NCBI GenBank assembly: GCA_000092065.1
Contig: CP000587.1
Reading direction: 5' to 3' (one strand)
DNA from: Ostreococcus lucimarinus
Taxonomy: Eukaryota
Length of the DNA: 64,000 bases
In this document: piece by piece, positions 10,019 through 20,725 of the stretch
Numbering within the stretch: the first letter of the stretch is position 1
Layout: each line of letters opens with the position of its first letter
Made by a program: the position numbers and the translations under genes
Notes under the pieces: model-generated
Database searches by the model: none
The model's input: the letters and a program-made list of their open reading frames with translations, nothing else
Told to the model about the DNA's origin: nothing

Positions 10019-10097
10019 GCGTTCGTTCGCGCGTTCGTTCGCGCGTTCGTTCGTTCGTTCGTTCGTTCGTTCGTTCGTTCGTTCGCGCGTTCGCGCC
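10019..10097. repeat. Microsatellite (CGTT)n with CGCG interruptions in the 5' leader of the bZIP gene
   Basis: Direct reading gives cgttcgttcgcgcgttcgttcgcgcgttcgttcgttcgttcgttcgttcgttcgttcgttcgcgcg. Confidence 0.9.
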
Positions 10098-10273
10098 TCT
10101 CGACGAAACGCGCCCTCGATCCGCGCGACGCCCTCGATCGCGCCCTCGATCGCGCCCTCCCGCTTCCCGCTTCCCGCGCCGCGCGCGTCGTTCCGACGCG
10201 TCGAGACGCGCGCGCGCCGACCCAATCCATCCCACGCGCGCGCGCGTTCGAACGAATCCTCCGACGTACTCGG

Positions 10274-10293
10274 CTAAACCCTAAACCCTAAAC
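10274..10293 (+). promoter_or_regulatory. Telo-box-like interstitial telomere motif (AAACCCT)2AAAC, followed by an A10 run, in the eIF3a promoter
   Basis: The sequence ggCTAAACCCTAAACCCTAAACgcg lies about 240 bp upstream of the eIF3a ATG. An A10-TAAAG stretch follows at 10306..10320. Telo-boxes (AAACCCTAA) are established cis-elements of plant translation-apparatus genes. Confidence 0.5.
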
Positions 10294-10531
10294 GCGCTTT
10301 CGTCGAAAAAAAAAATAAAGATGGCGCGCGACGCGCCCGCGATACGCGACGAAACGACGCGATCGGCCGTCGTATTACAGACGCGCGCACGGCGAACGCG
10401 ACGACGACGCGAGGATCGACCGACCGAACGAACACACGGACCGTCGCGATCGCGGCGGCGACGGCGGCCCGCGCGATCGATCGGCGAGCGGCGCGCGGCA
10501 GACGACGGCGCGGCGTCGGGCGACGGGCGCG

Positions 10532-13500
10532 ATGTCGCGGTACATGGGGAACTTCGCGCGACCGGAGAACGCGATCAAGCGCGCGGTGCGCGCGACGCGA
10601 CGACGACGACGCGACGCGGGACGACGACCGACGGGGGACGGGAGAGGGTTTGGATTTGAGATTCGAGCGCGCGGCGACGACGGGAGGGGCGAAGCGAAAG
10701 GACGAGGGCGCGCGAAGACTGACGAGACGTCGCATCGATCGGACGCGCGGTGCAGGAGGAGCTGATCAACGTGGGACAGAAGCAGGCGGCGCTGCTGTCG
10801 CTGCACGAAATCGTCACCAGTCGGCGAAACAGGCAGTGGACCAAGGTTCTCGAGGAGGTCATGTTCAAGTACGTCGAGCTGTGCGTCGAGCTGAAGAAGG
10901 GCAGGCTGTGTAAGGATGGGTTGATGCAATATCGCAACACGTGCTTGCTGGTGAACGTGCAGTCGCTCGAGGAGGTGGTGAAGCGATTTTTGAAGCTCTC
11001 GACGGAACGCGCGGAGACGGCGCAGGCGGAGTTCGGCGCTACTCTCGACGCGGACGTCGATCTCGAGGCCGAGTTCACGCCAGAGTCGCTGTTGGCGAAG
11101 GCGTATCGACTCGACCACGAGAACGAGGCGACGGAAAAGGAAACGGTGACGCCGTGGTTCAAGTTTTTGTGGGAAACGTATCGCAACTTGCTCGACATCT
11201 TACGCAACAACAACAAGCTCGAGGGTTTGTACGCCATGGTCGTGAAGGACGTGTTCAAGTTTTGCCTCAAGCACAAGCGCACGACCGAATTCAGGCGCGC
11301 GTGCGACTTGATGCGAACGCACTTGAACAACATGGTCAAGTACAAGGATATGCGCGACAGACCGGATTTGAGCTTACCCGAGACGCAAAATCTCTACATG
11401 GAAGTGCGTTTCGAACAGCTGAAGGCGGCTACGACGCTTGAAATGTGGCAAGAAGCGTTCCGATCGATCGAAGACATTCACGGGTTGATGCTCTTGCTTC
11501 GCCGTTCGCCCAAGCCGCAGATGATGGCGTTGTACTTTGCCAAGTTGACGGAAATTTTCTGGATTGGTAAAAATTACCTCCACGCCGCGTACGCGTGGAT
11601 GAAGCTTTACAGCGTTAGTAAAACGTATAACCGCAGCTTGACCCCTGAAGACGAACGCGCGTTGGCTTCGGGTGTCGTGTTGGCGACGATGTGCATAACG
11701 CCGTACACTGAAAAGTCCGTCTTTGGCGACATGGACTCCGATCATCAATTCGATCGCGACTCTCGCATGGCAAGTTTGCTCGGTTACCACATCGATCGTA
11801 GTCGCAGCATCAGCGATGTGCTCTCGCGTGAATTGTTGGCGGCCGAGATCAAGCGCAGCGGTTTGTTGGCCAAGGTGGACGACGACGTCAAGCGTTTGTA
11901 CGCCCTCATGGAGCAAAGCTTTTCCCCGCTCGATCTGTGCAAGAAGGCTGACGTGTTGTTTAACGTGTTACAAGGCACGACAATTGAAGTCAGTGAAGCC
12001 TCGCCGGTTTCCTCTTTCGACTTCAACTCGTTCTTACCGAGACTGAGATCGCTCGGCATTATTCGCATGGTGCACCAGCAATCCAAGGTGTTCGAGACGA
12101 TGAAGATTGATTCTTTGAAATCCTCCGTGCCGTTCATGCCGTATCACGAAGTCGAGCGTATTCTCGTACAAGCGATTCGAAGTGATTACATTTCCGTTCG
12201 AATCGACCACGAGACTGGATCGATGAACTTTGTCGGCGATCGCCTCGAGACGGGTTTCGTCAAGACGCACCTCTCTCGCGCCGCTCGTCTTTTGCAAGAA
12301 GGCATGAGCAAGCTCGCGCCCAAGACACCCGCCGATGTCGGCGCTCGTGTACTCGGTGCCGAATTGCGCGCCGCCATCGAGGCCGAACACAAGCGTGCGC
12401 TGGCGCGCAAGGTGGTCATCGAGCGCCGCAAGGAGGAAGCCGAGCGCGCCGCCGCTGAGCAAGAAAAGGAGGAAGAGGCTAAGCGCGTCGCCGCGCAGCG
12501 CAAGCACGAAGAAAACGAGGCCAAGCGCCTCGAACAAGAAGCTCGTGCTCGCGAAGAGAAGAGAATTCGTGCGGAAATGGAGGAAAAAGAGAAACAAGAG
12601 GCTCTCGAGTTGCTCGCCGAGCAAGCCAAGCGCGCTGGCAAAAAGGCGCCGATTGTCCTCGAGGAGGGCGTCGTCCTCGACAAGCGAGCCATCATGCAAG
12701 ATGCTATTCAAGAACAAATCAAGGCGCGTCAAGAGCAAGAACGCAAATTGAACAGTCTCGCTAAACGCATGGATCACGTCGAACGTGCCAAGCGCGAAGA
12801 AAGTATCAGTCTCATCGAGAAGGCGTACAAGGAGCGATCGGTGGATGACGAAAAGTACCACGCCGAACAACAAGTCGCGATGGCTGCGAAACATCGCGCC
12901 AAGTGGGAGGCGGAGAGCGCAGAAAAGCAGCGTTTGATGCGTATGGAAGGTCCGCGTGCCGAGTTCGCGCGTGGTGTCATGATTCGTCGGGCCGAGCAAT
13001 TCGCCGCTCAAGAGGAGGAACGCGCGAGAAAGCTCGAGCAAATGAAGAAGCACAAGGAGGCTGAACGCTTGCTCCAAGCGAAAAAAGATTACATCAAGCG
13101 TCTCCAAGACATCGAGGCTGCGGTGAAGCACGAAAAGCGCGAAAAGGATCGCATCGCGCAAGCTGAAAGACGTCGTCAACAAGAAGAAGAGGAAGCTGCT
13201 AGAAGACAACGCGAACAACCGCCGGCACGCGGCGGCGACGATCGCTGGGGCGCGTTCGCTGGGAGCGCGTTCGGCGAGCGTCGTCGGGTCGACGAAGCCC
13301 CAGCGCGACCTCCGTCAGGTGGTAGCCGATGGGAACCGTCAAGAGGTGGTGATCGTTACGAGCCTCGTCGCGACGACGGCCGGGGCGGCGGATTCGGAGA
13401 TCGCGATCGCGCGCCGTCGAATAGATGGGAGCGAGGCGGCGGCGATCGCCCGCCGTCGAGAAGCGGCGATGACCGCCCGCCGTCGAGAAGTGGCGGTGCT

Positions 13501-13563
13501 GACGATGGGAAATATCGCCCGCCTCGACGCGACGATGCACCGTCTAGAGGAGGAGGTTGGTAG
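10532..13563 (+). CDS. EIF3A: Translation initiation factor eIF3 subunit a (PCI domain, C-terminal RG/RD repeats), two exons
   Basis: Exon 1 (10532..10585) encodes MSRYMGNFARPENAIKRA, matching the eIF3a N-terminus. The intron is 10586..10755 (GTGCGCGCG...GACTGACGAG...GGTGCAG). Exon 2 (10756..13563) runs EELINVGQKQAALLSLHEIV... through the PCI region into a long coiled coil and an RGG/RDD tail (RGGDDRWGAF...DDGRGGGFGDRDRAPS). Confidence 0.9.
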
Positions 13564-13644
13564 ACACCGCAAACAACATCGCTTCACATTGATTGTAAAT
13601 CGAGAGCATCGATCGTCACATTTGCCGTCACATCCATTCATTCA

Positions 13645-14355
13645 TCACGCTCGGCGCCGCGTCATGTGCACCGAATCTATATTAATGTTACGCGTCAGCG
13701 CTCGCGCGCGCAAAAATTTGAAAATATTCTCCAAGAGCGCTTCACAAACCTCGGCCGACGCCCCGGAGCCGGAGACGCCGAGATACGTAATCGAATACGT
13801 CGCGTCTCCGGTCTTTTCCACGTGCTTTTGAAGTCGCCCGATCCCCGACCCCGACGTGCACTTGTAATACGCTCTTGGATACTTCTGCCCACTCAAAAAC
13901 TTATTTCCGTACTTGCGCCATCGAAACCCATCGTCCAGCCGAGTCGGATCTTCGCTCGTTTTCACCTCGACGATGCGCGCGTCGCCGCGCGCCGTCGCCG
14001 TCGTCGCCGTCGCCGTCGTCATCTCGCGCCGCTTCCGCGACGATTTCGCCGTCGACCGCGCCTTCTTCACCCCCCCCTCCTCCGACGCGCGACTCAGCGG
14101 CGCCCTCACCCCCCTCCCACCCTCCCCGCGTCCCTCCGCGAACCCCACGCACAGCGCCTCGAGCGATCGCTCGAATTTCTCCAGCCGTCCCCCGAACGTC
14201 CCATTCGGATCGTCGTTCTGATCCCGCGCCTCCCAGAACCCGTCGTCGTCCAGCGCGCTCCACGTCGACGTCCCCTCGCGCGCCGCGCGCGTCGTCCCCA
14301 TCGCCGATCGCGCCTCCCCGTCGTCCCCGCGCGTCGTCCGCGCGACGCTAAACAT
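13645..14355 (-). CDS. WRKY-like DNA-binding domain protein (atypical WRKYGNK heptapeptide, zinc ligands largely missing)
   Basis: Contains DDGFRWRKYGNKFLSGQKYPRAYYKCTSGSGIGRLQKHVEKTGDATYSITYLGVSGSG. The WRKYG(Q/N)K and YPR(S/A)YYKCT core is conserved, but the second Cys and the HxH of the canonical C2H2 zinc finger are replaced (HNH to GSG). The N-terminal part is low-complexity. Confidence 0.55.
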   Translation of the reverse strand: MFSVARTTRGDDGEARSAMGTTRAAREGTSTWSALDDDGFWEARDQNDDPNGTFGGRLEKFERSLEALCVGFAEGRGEGGRGVRAPLSRASEEGGVKKARSTAKSSRKRREMTTATATTATARGDARIVEVKTSEDPTRLDDGFRWRKYGNKFLSGQKYPRAYYKCTSGSGIGRLQKHVEKTGDATYSITYLGVSGSGASAEVCEALLENIFKFLRARALTRNINIDSVHMTRRRA

Positions 14356-14486
14356 AGCCGCCTCGTCGTCCTCGCGCGCCGCGCGCGTCGTCGCCGCCGC
14401 CGACCCGCGTCCTCGTCGACGCCCTCGCGCTCGACGCGCGCGTCACTATTATTATTATCGCGTGTCCACCGATCGCGTTTTCGTCC

Positions 14487-14519
<33 letters not shown>

Positions 14520-14911
14520 CGCCTCGAGTCCGCGTGTGCGACCGGCGCCGATCGCGCGCGTCGCGAATATCTCGTGGAAAACGATCCCTCACTGATATTC
14601 ATACCCACGCGTCAGACCCGTTTTTTTTTTTCGCGCGCGTCGCGCACGCACGAGGTCGTACGTCACACACCGCGAGCGGTATCGAATGAAACCCGAGTCG
14701 TAAAATCGGTCGGTCGCCGCGGTCGGCACCGCGCGCGCGCGGTCGTCGCGATTCGCCGGGACGCGCGCGTCGTCGCCTCGATCGCGCGGTCGCGCGCGCC
14801 GCACACGTCGTCGACGACGGCGCGATCGCGTCGAATCGAATCGATCGCGCGCGGGCGCGCGGGTCGAGGGCGTCGGCGCGAGGGACGCGCGCGAGCGACG
14901 CGCGCGATCGT

Positions 14912-15004
14912 CGTTCGTTCGTTGGTTCGTTCGTTCGTTGGTTCGTTGGTCGATTGATTGATTGATTGCTCGATCGCGCGCTCGATCGGTCGATCGGTCG
15001 GTCG
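14912..15004. repeat. Compound microsatellite (CGTT/GGTT)n-(GATT)4-(GATCGGTC)n in the 5' region of the B56 gene
   Basis: Direct reading gives cgttcgttcgttggttcgttcgttcgttggttcgttggtcgattgattgattgattgctcgatcgcgcgctcgatcggtcgatcggtcggtcg. Confidence 0.9.
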
Positions 15005-15079
15005 CGCGCGCGAACGCGAACGGAACGCGCGCGATCGGCGCGGAATCGCGCGCGCGCGGCGCGGCGGCGACGGGTCGCG

Positions 15080-16672
15080 ATGCTGCGAAACGTGAAGAAG
15101 CAGTTGAGCGGGCTCGGGCGAGGGAGCGGGAAGCGAGAGGGCGAGGACGGGGCGAACGATTCGGGAGGAGACGGGACGACGACGACGCGCGGTGGTCGAG
15201 GGGGATCGAGGTCGACGTCGCCGGCGAACGGGAAGTCGAGCGGGAGCGGGACGAACGACGCGGGCGTGTTTAATCGAATGGCGGGCGCGGCGGCGTCCGC
15301 CGCGGGCGGGTTTCGGGCGTTTAGTTCGCTCAGGGTTGGATCTAGGGAAGGGTCGAGGCACGGGCAAAACGGTCTACCGAGCATGGAGGTGTTGTACGAT
15401 AAGAATAAGCCGTTGTTTTTGTTCAGAGACGTACCCGTGAACGAACGAGCGGCGTTGTTTGGGAAAAAGTTACAGCTGTGTTCGTATTGTTTCGATTTCA
15501 CCGATCCCGCGATCGACGCGAGGGAGAAGGAAATCAAGCGTCAGACGTTGATCGAGATCGTGGACTACGTCAATCAAGGCACGGGGCGGTTCACGGAGCA
15601 AGTGCTGGAACACATCAACTTCATGCTGGCGCAGAATTTGTTCCGCACGTTGCCGCCGACGAGCTCGGAGCAGACGGGACTGGTGAACGCGGCGATGTTC
15701 GACCCAGAAGAAGAAGAGCCGAGCCTCGAGCCGTCTTGGCCGCACTTGCAAATCGTGTACGAATTCTTGTTGCGTTACGTCGTTTCCAACGACATTGACA
15801 TTAAAAACGGGAAGACGTACATCGATCAATCCTTCGTGCTCAGGCTTTTAGAGTTGTTTGACAGCGAAGACCCGCGGGAGCGCGATTACTTGAAGACGAT
15901 TTTGCACAGAATTTACGGGAAATTCATGATCCATCGGCCGTTCATCCGTCAGGCGATCAATAATATCTTCTTCCGCTTCATTTATGAGACGGAGAAACAC
16001 AACGGAATCGCGGAGTTGCTCGAAATTTTGGGATCAATCATCAACGGGTTCGCGCTGCCGCTCAAGGACGAACACAAAACGTTCTTAAAGCGCGCTTTGT
16101 TGCCGTTACACAAGCCGAAGTGCGTCGGAATGTATCACTCGCAACTCGTTTACTGCGTGACCCAATTCGTCGAAAAGGATCCGCGCATGGCCGACGTCGT
16201 CATTCGCGGTTTGCTCAAGTACTGGCCCGTTACGAATTCCCAGAAAGAAGTGCTCATCTTGGGAGAGTTGGAAGAGGTGTTAGAGCTCACGCAAAGCGCG
16301 CAGTTTGCCAACGTCATGGTGCCGCTGTTCAAACAAATATCCTTCTGCATCAACTCCACGCACTTCCAAGTCGCCGAAAGAGCGCTGTTTTTGTGGAACA
16401 ACGACTACATTGTCAACCTGGTGGCGCAACATCGCCACGCGTTGCTTCCCGTCTGCTTCGGTGCGCTCGAAAAGAACGCCGTCGGACATTGGAACCCAGT
16501 CGTGGGCGGATTAACCATAAACGTCCGCAAGATGCTTCAAGAGATGGACCCCGAGCTCTTCGCGCAGTGTCGCGAGCGTTGGTTGGCGGATCAAGAGCGT
16601 CTCGCTGAGGACGAAAAAGCTCGCCAAGCGCGCTGGTCTCGCGTCGAAAGACTCGCCGGCGCTTCTGCATGA
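15080..16672 (+). CDS. Protein phosphatase 2A regulatory subunit B' (B56 family)
   Basis: An ATG at 15080 ([11 protein letters not shown]...), then the B56 core [30 protein letters not shown]...[18 protein letters not shown]...[26 protein letters not shown].... Collinear with eukaryotic B56 over about 400 aa. Confidence 0.9.
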   Translation: MLRNVKKQLSGLGRGSGKREGEDGANDSGGDGTTTTRGGRGGSRSTSPANGKSSGSGTNDAGVFNRMAGAAASAAGGFRAFSSLRVGSREGSRHGQNGLPSMEVLYDKNKPLFLFRDVPVNERAALFGKKLQLCSYCFDFTDPAIDAREKEIKRQTLIEIVDYVNQGTGRFTEQVLEHINFMLAQNLFRTLPPTSSEQTGLVNAAMFDPEEEEPSLEPSWPHLQIVYEFLLRYVVSNDIDIKNGKTYIDQSFVLRLLELFDSEDPRERDYLKTILHRIYGKFMIHRPFIRQAINNIFFRFIYETEKHNGIAELLEILGSIINGFALPLKDEHKTFLKRALLPLHKPKCVGMYHSQLVYCVTQFVEKDPRMADVVIRGLLKYWPVTNSQKEVLILGELEEVLELTQSAQFANVMVPLFKQISFCINSTHFQVAERALFLWNNDYIVNLVAQHRHALLPVCFGALEKNAVGHWNPVVGGLTINVRKMLQEMDPELFAQCRERWLADQERLAEDEKARQARWSRVERLAGASA

Positions 16673-16853
16673 AGTTGACATAGTGCATTTAGACTTAGAC
16701 GCTCGCTCGCTTTCGTTTGTAATCGAGCGCGAGCGACCCGACGCCCGGAAAGCGCGCCCAAGGCTCCCCCCGCGTTGTCCTCACTCCCGCGCGTGCGCCT
16801 CCATCCTCGCGCCGAGCCCGTTCGTGAAGGACGCACGTGTAATTTCGAACGTT

Positions 16854-17888
16854 ATGCGCGCTTCGAGCGCGTCACCGCGCGCGCACCGCGCGTTTCCCTC
16901 GCACACCGCGCGAAAGACGTCGCGCGAAAAAGCGTCGTCTCGGTCTCGCGCGGTGGCGGCGGCGTCGACTTCGGACGCACCGGGGCCGTTCGGGGACGAC
17001 CGAAACCTGCTCGTCGTCGGACCCGGTGTTTTGGGCTCGCGCATCGCGCGCGTGTGGCTGTCGAACTTCCCCGGGGCGGTGGTGGTCGGACAGACGAACA
17101 CCGACGCCGCGCACGACGGCTTGCGAAGCGTCGGCGTGACGCCGCGAACGAAGGATTTCGGTGCGGACGATCCCACGGCGACGCGGCGGTTTCCCTACGT
17201 CGTTTTCAGCGCGCCACCGAGTGGCAGTGAGGATTACCCGGGCGAAGTCGCGGCGGCGTTGAAGTATTGGGACGGCTCGGGCGCGTTCGCGTTTACGAGC
17301 TCGAGCGCCGTGTACAAGAATGAAGCCGGCGAGGCGTGCGACGAGGAGAGTGAAGTTTATGAAATAGGCACCAATCCTCGTGTCGATCGGTTGCTGAAGG
17401 CGGAAAAAGTCGTGTTAGACGCTGGTGGTGTGGTGTGTCGATTAGCCGGGCTCTATCACTCCGAGCGAGGCGCGCACAAGTACTTCATCAAGACGTCCTC
17501 GCTCGATTCTCGCGCCGACGCCTTGGTGAATTTAATTCACTACGAAGACGCCGCCGATCTGTGCTTCGCCGCGATGACGAAAGGAGCAAAGTCTCACATT
17601 TATCTCGGCACCGACGGCGTCCCGATCACCCGCGAGGCGATCGCGCGCGTCTCCGTGGAGTCTGGCGTCTACGGCGCCGACGCCGCCGCGCCCGCCTTCA
17701 CCAAAACCGACGGCCCGCTCGGTCGCGCCATGTCCAACTCCCGCACCAAGACCGAGCTCGATTGGTCGCCTCGGTACGAATCTTTCGAATCTTTCGCGTT
17801 GCGTCAGGGCGCGCGCGACTCGTACGCGCCCTGGAACGCGCCGACGCGTTCGCGCGGGTGGACCCCCGCGGGCGCGCGTCACGTGTGA
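16854..17888 (+). CDS. NAD(P)-binding Rossmann-fold protein of the NAD-dependent epimerase/dehydratase family, with an N-terminal targeting-like extension
   Basis: An ATG at about 16854 (MRASSASPRAHRAFPSHTARKTSREKASSRSRAVAAASTS..., transit-peptide-like). Then LLVVGPGVLGSRIARVWL, a GxxGxxG-type dinucleotide-binding motif. Confidence 0.55.
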   Translation: MRASSASPRAHRAFPSHTARKTSREKASSRSRAVAAASTSDAPGPFGDDRNLLVVGPGVLGSRIARVWLSNFPGAVVVGQTNTDAAHDGLRSVGVTPRTKDFGADDPTATRRFPYVVFSAPPSGSEDYPGEVAAALKYWDGSGAFAFTSSSAVYKNEAGEACDEESEVYEIGTNPRVDRLLKAEKVVLDAGGVVCRLAGLYHSERGAHKYFIKTSSLDSRADALVNLIHYEDAADLCFAAMTKGAKSHIYLGTDGVPITREAIARVSVESGVYGADAAAPAFTKTDGPLGRAMSNSRTKTELDWSPRYESFESFALRQGARDSYAPWNAPTRSRGWTPAGARHV

Positions 17889-18126
17889 CGCCACCTAGCC
17901 ATATTATAGCCACCATTTATTCGATTAGACGACGGCTTCACACTATTTCACCTCCCGAACTGTATGCGCACACGAATAAAAGCCGATCACGCACAGCCCC
18001 ACGCGCGGCGTCGATCGCGCGCGCGCGCGTCATCGATTCCCGTCACTTCACCGCACGCGCGACGCCTCACACGCGTTCGTCGCCTCACCGCCCGTCGACG
18101 TCAAAAGAACCCAAAAAATTCTCGCA

Positions 18127-20474
18127 ATGTCGTCCGCCGCCGCCCTGAGCCCGGCCGCGCTCGCGCTCCGCGCCAAGCTCACCGCCAAGGTCCAAAACCG
18201 TCGCTCGCGCATGAGCGCCAAGGTCGTCACGCGCGCCGCCGTCGCCGCGCCGCCGGGCGTCTCCGCGGACACGGTGAACGACGCGATCAACACCGTGCGA
18301 TTTTTGGCGATCGACGCGATCAACAAGTCCAACTCCGGTCACCCCGGCTTGCCGATGGGCTGCGCGCCGATGGGCTACGTGATTTTCCGCGAAGCGATGA
18401 CGCACAACCCGAAGAACACGAAGTGGTTCAACCGCGATCGATTCGTGCTGTCCGCGGGACACGGGTGCATGCTGCAGTACTCTTTGATGCATTTGACCGG
18501 TTACCCGAGCGTTTCGGTGCGTTCGTCGCGACGCGCGCGCGCGGGCGACGCGATTCTCGAACGCGCGCGCCGATCGTGTGGATAAAGCCTCAAGTTGGGG
18601 TTTTGGATAAGAGCCCGCGCGGACGCGCGAAGGATGGACGCGAACGCGCGAGAGCGTCGCTCTGGCGGACGCGCGAGCGATGATGGAGATAAAACTCGAT
18701 GACTGACGATGAATGCGCGATGCACGCTCGACGCGCGTAGATTGAAGACATCAAGCAGTTCCGTCAGTGGGACTCCAAGACCCCGGGTCACCCGGAGAAC
18801 TTCATCACCGACGGCATCGAAGTCACCACGGGCCCGCTCGGTATGGGTATTTGCAACGCCGTCGGTCTCGCGATGGTCGAGAAGCACCTCGCCGGTCGAT
18901 TCAACAAGCCGGATTGCGAAATCGTCGATCACTACACGTACTGCGTCATGGGCGACGGCTGCAACATGGAGGGCATGTCCGGCGAAGGCGCGTCCCTCGC
19001 CGGTCACTGGGGCCTCGGCAAGTTGATTGTCTTCTATGACGACAACCACATCTCCATCGATGGTCACACCGACATCTCCTTCACGGAAGACGTCGTCGCG
19101 CGCTTCAACGCGTACGGCTGGCACACGCAACACGTCGAGAACGGTAACACCGACGTCGACTCGATTCGCGCCGCCGTCAACGCCGCCAAGGCTGACCCGC
19201 GCCCGTCGCTCATCAAGGTGACCACCTTGATTGGCTACGGTTCCCCGAACAAGTCCAACACCCACGACGTGCACGGCGCGCCGCTCGGTAAGGATGAAAC
19301 CGCCGCGACTCGCGAAAACTTGAAGTGGAAGTACGGCGAATTCGAAGTTCCGGAAGCCGTCAAGGCGTACATGGATTGCTCCGAAAAGGGCACCGCCGCC
19401 GAAGCCGAATGGAACGCCAAGTGGGCCACCTACAAGAGCAAGTACGCCGAAGATGCGGCCGAGCTCGAGTCCATCATGTCCGGCAAGTTGCCGTCTGGCT
19501 GGGAAAAGTCTCTCCCGACGTTCACGCCGGAGGACAAGGGTGTCGCCACGCGCATCCACTCCCAAACCATGCTCAACGCCCTCGGTGGCGCGATCCCGGG
19601 TTTCATGGGTGGTTCCGCCGATCTTGCGCCGTCCAACATGACGTTGATGAAGCAATTCGGTGACTTCCAAAAGGACACCCCGGCCGAGCGCAATGTTCGC
19701 TTCGGCGTCCGCGAGCACGGTATGGGTGCCATCGCCAACGGCATGAAGCTCCACTCCCCGGGTATCATTCCGTACTGCGCGACCTTCTTCATCTTCACCG
19801 ACTACATGCGTTGCGCCATGCGCATCGCCGCGCTCTCCCAAGCCGGTACCATCTTCGTCATGACGCACGATTCCATCGGCGTCGGCGAGGACGGCCCGAC
19901 TCACCAGCCGATTGAGCACGTCGCGTCCTTCCGCGCCATGCCGGGTATGGACATGGCTCGCCCGGCCGACGGCAACGAGACCGCCGCCATGTACAAGATG
20001 GCTGTCGAAAACTCGATGAACGGTGCCCCGACTACGTTGGCGCTCTCCCGCCAAGTCGTGCCGAACCTTGCGGGTACCTCCATGGAAGGCGCCGCCAAGG
20101 GTGCGTACGTCGTCCAAGGCGCCGCCGCTGGCGAAGCGTGCGACGTGATCCTCATCGGTACCGGTACCGAACTCGAACTCGCGTGCCAAGCTGGTGCCGA
20201 GCTCGAATCTAAGGGTAAGAAGGTTCGCGTTGTCTCCATGCCGTGCTGGGAAGCCTTCGAGCGCCAACCGGCCGCCTACCAAGAGTCCGTCTTGCCGGCT
20301 GCCATGCGCGCGAAGACCGTCTCCATCGAGGCGGGCACCACGTTCGGCTGGGCTAAGTACGCCGGCGCTTCCATCGGACATGACGATTTCGGCGCTTCGG
20401 CACCGGCCCCGATTCTGTACAAGCAGTTCGGAATCACTGCCGATGCCATGGCCGCGAAGGCGATGTCGTTGTAA
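18127..20474 (+). CDS. TKL: Transketolase, plastid-type with N-terminal transit peptide, two exons
   Basis: Exon 1 (18127..18516) encodes [78 protein letters not shown]...[11 protein letters not shown]. The intron is 18517..18740 (GTGCGTTCG...GATGACTGACGATG...GCGCGTAG). Exon 2 (18741..20474) encodes [21 protein letters not shown]...GDGCNMEG... to the stop. The TPP-binding and transketolase signatures run throughout. Confidence 0.92.
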
Positions 20475-20725
20475 GCGTAGGGACCGGATGTCGAAGCGTT
20501 GCGCTCGGGAAAATTCCCCGCAACGAGTCCCCGCAACGGACAGCCGCTCGTGCCACTTTAGTCGCGCACTTTTGATTGAAGTACTAATATAAATTCCTTC
20601 TCCTTTCCCGTCGTCGCCGTCCGTTCTCCTTTGCCGTCGTCGCCGTCCCGAGCTCCCGAGCTCCCGTCGCGCCGACGCCATCCCGAGCGTCGCGCCTCGC
20701 CGTCGCGACCGCACTCCGCGCCTCG

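Noticed and set aside
9859-10230. ORFs reading TNERTNERTNER and RPTDRPTDRP (9859..10230, 9926..10225, 32477..33124, 32856..33152).
   Set aside because: They are translations of (CGTT)n and (GTCG)n microsatellites in 5' leaders, not proteins.
10321-10659. ORF 10321..10659 (MARDAPAIRDETTRSAVV...) and ORF 14599..15537 as additional genes.
   Set aside because: They have low-complexity Arg-rich translations, they overlap promoter microsatellites and the eIF3a first exon or intron, and they have no domain signal.
18517-18740. Possible C/D-box snoRNA inside the transketolase intron (TGATGG ... CTGA).
   Set aside because: The C-like and D-like boxes are only about 20 nt apart and the CTGA is the intron branch motif. 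There are no terminal stem or antisense elements, so this is not credible.
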